From a virus (Duplodnaviria; Caudoviricetes), in IMG/VR virus record IMGVR_UViG_3300029448_000435, positions 1 to 24,082 of that record: DNA of 24,082 bases; one strand, 5' to 3'. The position numbers and the translations under genes are program-made. The notes beneath the pieces are model-generated. The model saw nothing but the letters and a program-made list of their open reading frames with translations. It was not told the DNA's origin and searched no databases. Positions 17,662 to 24,082 of the stretch are shown here, piece by piece. Numbering within the stretch: the first letter of the stretch is position 1; each line of letters opens with the position of its first letter.

Positions 17662-18549
17662 ATGTCATCAATCTTTAAAAACAAAGGTATTTACTACCTT
17701 AAAATCACATATCATTACAAGCGTATAGTACGATCTTTACAAACCAAAGATAAACGTATTGCTAAACAACGTGCTAAAATATTAGAACCACAGTTGTTTG
17801 AAGAGTTAATTCATCCTAGTAATAAACAATTTTTACCTTTTAATGATCTAATTAAAAAGTATCTACAAGCAGAGCATAACTGGAGTAAAGCTTCTAGAGA
17901 CACAACAATTCAAGTCTTAAAAAAATATAAGAAAGGAATACCGTTACCTGAGAATGAGGCAACAAGAATAGGAGTACAGGGAAGGCTAAATGCGGTGATA
18001 AATTGGGGTAAAAAGAACGGTTTTACTACAGATCTAAACAAGTATAAGCTTAAGAAAAAACCAGCTAGAAATCGAGTATTTACTGACATAGAATTAGTAA
18101 AAATATTTAAGCATACACGTGATTTAAACTTTAGAAGATTTGTACAATTTGCATATTATACAGGTGCAAGACGTAGTGAGCTTTGTAATATGAAACAAAG
18201 TAATATATATGAAAAGTATTTTAAAACTTTTGGTAAAACAGGAGAGAGGCTTGTTCGTTTAAATACGCAAGCTAAAGACATTTTATACCAGCAGGGTAAG
18301 TTATGGGAGTACGAAACTGATTATGTTACTCATCACTTTAAAAAAAATCTACGCAGGATAGGCATAGAAGACGGATGCTTCCATGATCTGCGTAGAACAT
18401 TTGGTTTAAATTTAATTAAATCAGGTATGCCTATATATACGGTGTCTAAGCTTTTGGGACATAGCAGCATCTCTACTACAGAATGGAACTATGCCCCATT
18501 GCTTGTAACCGATATAGGAGATTTTAGTCTACCTGTTAATTCCAAATAA
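17662..18549 (+). CDS. int: Tyrosine recombinase / phage integrase
   Basis: Motifs TGARRSE (R), KT (K), HDLRRT (HxxR), LLGHS and WNY (catalytic Tyr). Short N-terminal beta-rich arm-binding-like region. Adjacent to attP. Confidence 0.93.
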   Translation: MSSIFKNKGIYYLKITYHYKRIVRSLQTKDKRIAKQRAKILEPQLFEELIHPSNKQFLPFNDLIKKYLQAEHNWSKASRDTTIQVLKKYKKGIPLPENEATRIGVQGRLNAVINWGKKNGFTTDLNKYKLKKKPARNRVFTDIELVKIFKHTRDLNFRRFVQFAYYTGARRSELCNMKQSNIYEKYFKTFGKTGERLVRLNTQAKDILYQQGKLWEYETDYVTHHFKKNLRRIGIEDGCFHDLRRTFGLNLIKSGMPIYTVSKLLGHSSISTTEWNYAPLLVTDIGDFSLPVNSK

Positions 18550-18661
18550 GCTCAAGCCATTTGAAAAGAAAATGTGTAATAAGTCCAAATCCAATGCCTA
18601 CATAAAAGACAGATTTGCATAACACCTCTATATACCATAGCCAATCAGGATAAAACATCAT
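18536..18661 (-). CDS. Small membrane peptide (41 aa)
   Basis: Manual translation MMFYPDWLWYIEVLCKSVFYVGIGFGLITHFLFKWLELIWN. AAGGAG SD; ATGA overlap with the upstream gene. Confidence 0.7.
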   Translation of the reverse strand: MMFYPDWLWYIEVLCKSVFYVGIGFGLITHFLFKWLELIWN

Positions 18662-18798
18662 CGTCTAAACTCCTTTCGTATCCAATTAATCCAGAACCAT
18701 CTATCTACAAATTTATCTATTACTAAATAAATAATTAAGATAGGGATCATTATATCATGCCTATGCTCTACAAGAGCTTGCCAATAGTATTCCCACAT
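18658..18798 (-). CDS. Small membrane peptide (46 aa)
   Basis: Manual translation MWEYYWQALVEHRHDIMIPILIIYLVIDKFVDRWFWINWIRKEFRR. AGGAG SD. Confidence 0.72.
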   Translation of the reverse strand: MWEYYWQALVEHRHDIMIPILIIYLVIDKFVDRWFWINWIRKEFRR

Positions 18799-18806
18799 AG
18801 TAACTC

Positions 18807-19190
18807 CTACGTTATGTTAATAAATGGTTTTAAGTACCATTTAGATTGTAAAGATTTAAGTGTAGACTCTAGTAACTCAATGTGTTTTTTCTTCTTATTG
18901 TTTTCGTAACGTAATTTTTTAATCGTGCTGTCTCTTTTACTCATTTTAGTTACTATATCAAGTAATTCTTCATCCATTGCTTCCAGTTCTCTTTTGGTTT
19001 GTTTTACAGAAGACAAAGCTGTTTCTTGATATTCTTTATATTCATCAGATAGTTTGCTATATCTTTTTCTTAAGTCAATTAGTTCTTCTGAAGGCAATCT
19101 AGGAACACCATAATGATCAAAGACATATTGGAATCCTTTTTTATACATAGGATGTTCCATGTTTTTTTCATGTTCAAAAGGATCTTTCAT
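18807..19190 (-). CDS. Hypothetical coiled-coil protein
   Basis: AGGAG SD; long heptad-like helical region. Confidence 0.8.
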   Translation of the reverse strand: MKDPFEHEKNMEHPMYKKGFQYVFDHYGVPRLPSEELIDLRKRYSKLSDEYKEYQETALSSVKQTKRELEAMDEELLDIVTKMSKRDSTIKKLRYENNKKKKHIELLESTLKSLQSKWYLKPFINIT

Positions 19191-19199
19191 ATATTCTCC

Positions 19200-19454
19200 T
19201 TATTTATAATGTTCTCTATCAGGATCCCATTCTTCATACAAATGATCAATAGGATAGTTATCGCTTTCTATGTTTTGATGTGAATAGTAATATTGTTTCA
19301 TATAGTATTTAAGTTCTTCTCTAGCTTCACCATTTCCTACAACATCATCAGCTACTTGAGCTAGTAATCTATCAAGTGTTGTATGATATTTATGGTTATC
19401 TATACTTACTTCTTCAATTTTATTTGTTTGAGTTAAATCATGTTTTGTGTACAT
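19200..19454 (-). CDS. Hypothetical protein
   Basis: AAGGAGG SD before the ATG; 84 aa. Confidence 0.8.
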   Translation of the reverse strand: MYTKHDLTQTNKIEEVSIDNHKYHTTLDRLLAQVADDVVGNGEAREELKYYMKQYYYSHQNIESDNYPIDHLYEEWDPDREHYK

Positions 19455-19779
19455 GTGTATCCTCCTTTTTATATGTTTGTTTCATTGCAAGAAAAAGCAA
19501 AAGGTAATTAATAATATCACTTACACGTCCTTCAATGCTTTCTGATGAATGTTCTTGTCCATCCTTGAAATAGCTTTGAAGACTAGATAAGTGTTTATTT
19601 AGGTATACAGATAGAACTTGCATAGGCTCTAAGCCAAGCTTATTACCTATGCTTTCAAAGTTCCATAATACGTTACTGTTTTGATGTCCTTCGGTATACT
19701 CGATTCTTTTTTCATCTGATAGTTTTAAAGTATCCTGTAAGAAGTGATCTCTAAACTGTTCGTATTCTTTAGCTGTCAT
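19438..19779 (-). CDS. All-alpha NTP-pyrophosphatase-like protein (MazG / Nmad1-DUF1599-like)
   Basis: Pattern K..EY...NF...Y..KH...ESIEGR..DIINY. Start re-assigned to ATG 19779 with a GAGGA SD. Confidence 0.6.
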   Translation of the reverse strand: MTAKEYEQFRDHFLQDTLKLSDEKRIEYTEGHQNSNVLWNFESIGNKLGLEPMQVLSVYLNKHLSSLQSYFKDGQEHSSESIEGRVSDIINYLLLFLAMKQTYKKEDTHVHKT

Positions 19780-19915
19780 AATCTTCCTCTGGCTTTTCAA
19801 TTATAAATGTATATTTTAAACAATTGTCATCTGATGAATCTAAATGCCACAGATAAGGACAATTATTTAACCATTCTAAAAACTTATTATTTACGTATTT
19901 TGACAGTATATCCAT
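19769..19915 (-). CDS. Hypothetical protein (48 aa)
   Basis: Manual translation MDILSKYVNNKFLEWLNNCPYLWHLDSSDDNCLKYTFIIEKPEEDYDS. TAATG coupling; fills an operon gap. Confidence 0.7.
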   Translation of the reverse strand: MDILSKYVNNKFLEWLNNCPYLWHLDSSDDNCLKYTFIIEKPEEDYDS

Positions 19916-20301
19916 TACATTTGCTCCTGCTGATCTTCATTAAGTGCATTGCAAATAACTTGTGCTTTTCTCATTACGTCAGCTATTGTCTTGTCAGGAG
20001 TATTTTGATAACATTCTCCAATAAAGACATTCCAGTTATCGTTAGTTACCCATACTTCACAACCATTCTTGCGTGTGGTTACTGAATATGGATCTGTATC
20101 TATATGCTTCATAGTGTTTTCCTTTTGCAATAAATCGTCTATAGTAATTTTAAAGAAAGCAGCTAATTGTTTTAATTGAGCAATAGATGGTTCGGTTATT
20201 GAACCTTCCCATCTTGCTATTGTTTGCTGGTTTACTTTAAATATATCAGCTAATTGCTGTTGAGTTAGTTTTTTGTTTTTTCGTAATTGTTTTAGTCTCA
20301 T
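19915..20301 (-). CDS. XRE/Cro-C1 family HTH transcriptional regulator with a C-terminal extension
   Basis: RLKQLRKNKKLTQQQLADIFKVNQQTIARWEGSITEPSIAQLKQLAAFFKITIDDLL is a canonical HTH_3-type domain. Confidence 0.88.
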   Translation of the reverse strand: MRLKQLRKNKKLTQQQLADIFKVNQQTIARWEGSITEPSIAQLKQLAAFFKITIDDLLQKENTMKHIDTDPYSVTTRKNGCEVWVTNDNWNVFIGECYQNTPDKTIADVMRKAQVICNALNEDQQEQM

Positions 20302-20555
20302 TATTCTTTCTTTATATTTTCGATTCGTTTTACTTCATCATATATTTCATTACTACCCATTCCTCTGGGATCTCCTGCTTTCCATTCTTCATAGATTTGA
20401 TCTCTAGCATCTTTATATTTGCTGGTATCTACTTGAATACCCAATACAGGGCCAAAACTCATATCTGCTGTATTGCAGAAGAATCCTATTTGATACAATC
20501 CTTCGTATTTAGGATCGTCATAACTAATATCATTTTGCCATAGCTCCCATGCCAT
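20301..20555 (-). CDS. Hypothetical protein
   Basis: Start re-assigned to ATG 20555, which has an AAGGAG SD 7 nt upstream. Confidence 0.75.
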   Translation of the reverse strand: MAWELWQNDISYDDPKYEGLYQIGFFCNTADMSFGPVLGIQVDTSKYKDARDQIYEEWKAGDPRGMGSNEIYDEVKRIENIKKE

Positions 20556-20576
20556 AGTATTTCTCCTTTTAAACAT

Positions 20577-20644
20577 CGGTAGGAAAGGTCGAGGTACTAA
20601 GCTTTCTAGAAAAGCGTTCTCTTTACTGTCCCCTACGTCCGTTT
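20577..20644 (-). other. GC-rich intergenic element with nested inverted repeats
   Basis: GTAGG/CCTAC outer stem and GCTTT-TCTAG-AAAGC inner hairpin, upstream of a strong SD. Confidence 0.4.
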
Positions 20645-20653
20645 ACTTAAGTT

Positions 20654-20899
20654 TTATTTACATTGTTTACATACTTTAATTTGTTTTCCATAGGTAGGAA
20701 AATTTTCATAGTACAAATAGATCTTTTTATTTGCTTCTCTATTTGATTTTACTTTTGATTTTTCACTATCTATTTCATAGCAACGATCACAATCAGGGCA
20801 ATATTTAATAGCAACATCTGCTCTACGTGCATCATATAAGTTCTGATTTCTATGTTGTCTATCAATAATCTTTTCCCCAGACAGCCATTTTTCTAGCAT
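20654..20899 (-). CDS. Zn-ribbon protein
   Basis: CPDC...CKQC pairs; AAGGA upstream. Confidence 0.75.
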   Translation of the reverse strand: MLEKWLSGEKIIDRQHRNQNLYDARRADVAIKYCPDCDRCYEIDSEKSKVKSNREANKKIYLYYENFPTYGKQIKVCKQCK

Positions 20900-21119
20900 G
20901 ATCTATTTCCTTTTGCATATCGTGAATTAAGTCTTTTAGTTCTTGCAGCATTACCCCAATTTGAGAATTAGGGTCAACAGAGGGATGTTTTGCTAATTTG
21001 TTAATTATTTTGTAACATTCTTGTGCATGCATTGTAACTCCTACGTTATTAAAGTATGCGTAAAAGGGGAACATGGTTTTAGCCAAAACCAATATATGCT
21101 CCCCTTTTTTATTTCTCAT
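20862..21119 (-). CDS. Hypothetical protein
   Basis: AGGAG SD; overlaps its neighbours in the operon. Confidence 0.75.
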   Translation of the reverse strand: MRNKKGEHILVLAKTMFPFYAYFNNVGVTMHAQECYKIINKLAKHPSVDPNSQIGVMLQELKDLIHDMQKEIDHARKMAVWGKDY

Positions 21120-21294
21120 TGTCTCCTAAACGCCAACCTAGAAAACAACGTACATTTGCCATTCTTTTTGTATGCTTTTCATAGAAACACAAAACAATAA
21201 CTATTTTGTTTATGTTCTTTGAGTCAACCATTGACAAAAAGAAGTCACCTAGCTCATATCTTTTTTTGATAATCATCGCTAGACTATTACCCAC
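21109..21294 (-). CDS. Hypothetical protein (start uncertain; may be ATG 21276)
   Basis: Fills the operon gap between the resolvase and the next gene. Confidence 0.55.
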   Translation of the reverse strand: MGNSLAMIIKKRYELGDFFLSMVDSKNINKIVIVLCFYEKHTKRMANVRCFLGWRLGDNEK

Positions 21295-21658
21295 TTATCA
21301 TTTTAAATAAGTCAAGTAAATCTTGATATCGTATAGTTACTAACGCTTCTTTACGATCTTCTTTGAGAATTTGTCCATAGACTTCATCACATGGTTTTAA
21401 GTAATCAGCTATAGCTTTACGACCTTTAACTTGAAATTTGAATACTCCATAATCATTCTCATAATTTTTATAATTAATATTGCTTGAAGTTTTTACATTA
21501 TCAGGTAACGTAATTGTCATGTCTACTTCTTCATGCCAGCCTAATGATCTGCCATCAGATCCCCAAGCACGTTTGGATTCAAATCCATAGCCTTTAGCTA
21601 AATTGACACATTCTCGTTCAATTCTATTGCCTTTTTGTTTGGGTGCTTTGCCACTCAT
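21287..21658 (-). CDS. Holliday-junction resolvase-like PD-(D/E)xK nuclease (Hjc-like)
   Basis: Pattern KQKGNRIERE...EVD...FQVK; located downstream of the primase-helicase. Confidence 0.75.
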   Translation of the reverse strand: MSGKAPKQKGNRIERECVNLAKGYGFESKRAWGSDGRSLGWHEEVDMTITLPDNVKTSSNINYKNYENDYGVFKFQVKGRKAIADYLKPCDEVYGQILKEDRKEALVTIRYQDLLDLFKMISG

Positions 21659-21780
21659 AATTCTTGCTCCTCAAAATCTGTGTGTTCTGCACAATCACCA
21701 CATAATCCATACCATTCGTCTTCAAACTCATGTATATCATATAATGGCAATGCTCCACAGCATACGCTTACATAAATCAT
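21655..21780 (-). CDS. Small Cys-rich Zn-finger protein (41 aa)
   Basis: Manual translation MIYVSVCCGALPLYDIHEFEDEWYGLCGDCAEHTDFEEQEL. ATGA overlaps at both ends; GAGGA upstream. Confidence 0.75.
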   Translation of the reverse strand: MIYVSVCCGALPLYDIHEFEDEWYGLCGDCAEHTDFEEQEL

Positions 21781-21986
21781 TCTTCCTCCTCAAGATTAGG
21801 TAATGCTTTTTTCTTATTTGCTTCTATTTCTGCATAAGTAGGTTGCCCTAATAATCTCCAGATTCCATCTAAATAATGTTTGCCACTACTGCTCATTCTT
21901 TGACGATCACAATTTTCAAGATCAGTTAATAACATGATTAATTCTTGAGTCATTTGTGATTGAATATTTGCTTTGGGTTTTTTCAT
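21777..21986 (-). CDS. Hypothetical protein
   Basis: Start re-assigned to ATG 21986 (ATGA overlap, AGGTGG upstream). Confidence 0.7.
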   Translation of the reverse strand: MKKPKANIQSQMTQELIMLLTDLENCDRQRMSSSGKHYLDGIWRLLGQPTYAEIEANKKKALPNLEEEE

Positions 21987-22204
21987 AATATCCACCTTTT
22001 TTCTATGTTGAATCCGATAAATAATCGTAGTGGTAGTAGCTCAAAATAAATAGCTACTGCTCCACTCATGGTATCACTTAGTGTAATTGCAACACTAAAT
22101 GCATTGAGTATCACTAGTTTATATTGCCTAGTGGGATACTCTTTACTCTTCTTCAGATAAAAGAGCTTCATTGTTGCTACGTCTAGTATGCGTAAGACTG
22201 TCAT
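21983..22204 (-). CDS. Hypothetical protein
   Basis: AGGA upstream; part of the tightly packed operon. Confidence 0.6.
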   Translation of the reverse strand: MTVLRILDVATMKLFYLKKSKEYPTRQYKLVILNAFSVAITLSDTMSGAVAIYFELLPLRLFIGFNIEKRWIL

Positions 22205-22337
22205 ATATTTCTTCCTGTTTGTTAAAAATCATTGTGGTTGTTTTTTCTATATCATGATCATGCACAATTACATATGTACCATGTCCCTCAATTTTCTGTA
22301 CTTGATTCTCTTTGATATGTATTTCTACTGTTGGCAT
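22143..22337 (-). CDS. Hypothetical protein (64 aa)
   Basis: Start re-assigned to ATG 22337 with a strong AAAGGAGG SD. Confidence 0.7.
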   Translation of the reverse strand: MPTVEIHIKENQVQKIEGHGTYVIVHDHDIEKTTTMIFNKQEEIYDSLTHTRRSNNEALLSEEE

Positions 22338-22359
22338 ACAGCCTCCTTTAGTATGTGTA

Positions 22360-22396
22360 GACAAAGGGCACAAATAAAGGAATCTGTGCCCATGTC
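22360..22396 (-). promoter_or_regulatory. Hairpin after the helicase stop with an anti-SD loop (terminator-like or translational control)
   Basis: The - strand reads GGGCACAGAT-TCCTTT-ATTTGTGCCC, and the stem can be extended by GACA/TGTC. Confidence 0.55.
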
Positions 22397-22397
22397 A

Positions 22398-24082
22398 TTA
22401 TGATCTTTTATCAAATGTGAATGTTTCATAATTAAACTTAAGTGCAAGTTCAAACATAGATTCATCCCTTGCTTTTAAAGAGCGTACGGTGCGTTTCTTT
22501 TTGGATGCGTCACCATCTACACTCTCAAATGCAATGTATTGATCTGACTTTTGTTCTATTGAGGAATTACCTTTACCGCTATGTACATCTAATTTCTGAC
22601 CTTCACTCAATCGAGTAGAGGAATACTTAGAAATATGATGTATTGCTATGACAATAACGTCTTCTTTCATTGCCATATCTTTTAAAGCGTTAGCAATTAC
22701 TTCTTGTCTCGCTAGATCATCTTTACCTGCGTATTTAGCAGGAATACGATCTATAGTATCTATTACAATAACTTTGCATTCGCTATTTGCAACAAAACTA
22801 GGTAACTCTTGTATGTCAGGAGAACGAGGAACAAGTTGTATATGCTTGATAGATTCTTCTGCTTCTATCATCATTTCCATGTTTTTAGATGTTAAACCAA
22901 TTTCTATTTGTTGCTTTGTCATACCAAGTGCTGCTTGCATAAATCGTCTAGACATAGTTTGTTCATCTACTTCTAGAGATAAGAACAAACATTTTAGACT
23001 TTTAATGCGAGTAATGATGTATTGTATTAAAGCAGTTTTACCTAGTCCAGTATCTCCAATTAAGGTAATTAATTGTCCTGTGGTAAATAGATGTGGTTTC
23101 TTCATAAATGGAAAGATGTTTTGCATATCAAAAGATCTATCTGTGTAATCTGTTTGATAAAACTCAGCAAGATTTTCTATCATACTTTTAGCAGATAGAA
23201 TTTCAGCAGTTTCATCAAGATCCTTATATCTATATAAGGTACACTTACTATCACAATACGGAACTAAATCAGGATGATTGCATCCAAAGTTGTAGTCATT
23301 TTTAATAGCATCTGTTACGATTCTATTGACTTCATCCATTGGAAGTGGTTTTTCCATTTGTTCTACATACGTTCTTGCTAATGCAAGTACTGCAGGTTTT
23401 GGATGTCCTAATTTCTTATGCCATATTGCTGCTAGTGCCAATAAATGCCTATGACGTTTTTTATCTACATGTCCAGCATTGTATATATGCTGTGCACAAG
23501 AAATAAAACGTGTGGCTTTCTTGGATGTATTCTCATAGACTTTTCGTACTTCGACTATATTCTTACGACTCATATCCATAGGTTCTAAATGCAACAATTC
23601 TTCATGTATAATTGCAGTTGCTTTATCTTGCACAGGTTGTTTAGCATAGTCTTTTATAGACTCATAACTCATGTTATCTAAATCCTGTACACCAATAGGT
23701 ACTTTGTATCGTTTGGATTTGTAGTTATAACTAAATCCACTACGAATGAGTCTTCGAGGGTCATAGATCAAGTCAATATCTGCACCAAAGTCTCTAGCCA
23801 TTGTTGACCTGACTTGAGCAGATAGTTTTTTACTGGTTTGTTCTTTAAAACCGTATACATTTGCTAGATGGATATGAAATCCTGTACCAGAAAACCATAT
23901 ATTATAGTGTTCTGGTCTAATGTTTAAGCTATGTATCGTTTCAACAACCTTTTTGACTTGTTCTATAGTTTTTTCTCCATTTATTTGATCCGATAACGGA
24001 GATTTGTGATAGTCAATATCAATAACAAGTTTGTCAACCGCTTGCAGGCCATTAAAACCAATCACCGTTTTATTTGTTTCCA
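22398..24082 (-). CDS. Primase-helicase fusion: AEP (PrimPol) domain, Cys-containing helical domain and SF4 (DnaB-like) helicase; 5'-truncated
   Basis: AEP motifs VIDID, FSGTGFHIH and IYDPRRLIR. Helicase motifs Walker A GDTGLGKT, SLE, Walker B VIVID, KGNSSIEQ and KAR. The frame stays open to the window edge. Confidence 0.9.
   Translation of the reverse strand, partial: ETNKTVIGFNGLQAVDKLVIDIDYHKSPLSDQINGEKTIEQVKKVVETIHSLNIRPEHYNIWFSGTGFHIHLANVYGFKEQTSKKLSAQVRSTMARDFGADIDLIYDPRRLIRSGFSYNYKSKRYKVPIGVQDLDNMSYESIKDYAKQPVQDKATAIIHEELLHLEPMDMSRKNIVEVRKVYENTSKKATRFISCAQHIYNAGHVDKKRHRHLLALAAIWHKKLGHPKPAVLALARTYVEQMEKPLPMDEVNRIVTDAIKNDYNFGCNHPDLVPYCDSKCTLYRYKDLDETAEILSAKSMIENLAEFYQTDYTDRSFDMQNIFPFMKKPHLFTTGQLITLIGDTGLGKTALIQYIITRIKSLKCLFLSLEVDEQTMSRRFMQAALGMTKQQIEIGLTSKNMEMMIEAEESIKHIQLVPRSPDIQELPSFVANSECKVIVIDTIDRIPAKYAGKDDLARQEVIANALKDMAMKEDVIVIAIHHISKYSSTRLSEGQKLDVHSGKGNSSIEQKSDQYIAFESVDGDASKKKRTVRSLKARDESMFELALKFNYETFTFDKRS

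Noticed and set aside
22648-23148. 166-aa + strand ORF
   Set aside because: It is the antisense shadow of the conserved helicase domain.
1-24082. Stop-codon reassignment as seen in some crAss-like phages
   Set aside because: Long genes are intact in the standard code, and TAG and TGA stops are followed directly by new starts or SDs.
1-24082. CRISPR array, DGR/reverse transcriptase, introns or inteins
   Set aside because: No regularly spaced repeats, RT motifs, split genes or intein terminal motifs were seen by eye.

Overview
A 24-kb, AT-rich segment of a tailed phage genome, probably a temperate podovirus-like phage in its excised or virion form. The + strand (1-18549) carries the following, in order: a cluster of small membrane or holin-like genes; three tiny Lys/Arg-rich proteins; an M15-family (T5-like) endolysin; a metallophosphoesterase; a tail nozzle/stabilization-like protein; four putative ejection proteins; a 2655-aa protein; an intact attP built from the 3' half of tRNA-Val(GAC) with arm-type repeats; and a tyrosine integrase. 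The - strand (18536-24082) is a convergent early/replication operon with an AEP primase-SF4 helicase fusion, an Hjc-like resolvase, Zn-ribbon proteins, an XRE HTH protein, a MazG/Nmad1-like protein and small membrane peptides. The main finding is that the 2655-aa protein carries two-barrel RNA polymerase catalytic motifs (RxP...GGADHDID, resembling the crAss-like DFDID) plus an ejection-protein-like C-terminus. It therefore looks like a virion-delivered RNA polymerase, and it lies directly beside an integrase and attP. All family calls come from motif recognition by eye, not from database searches.
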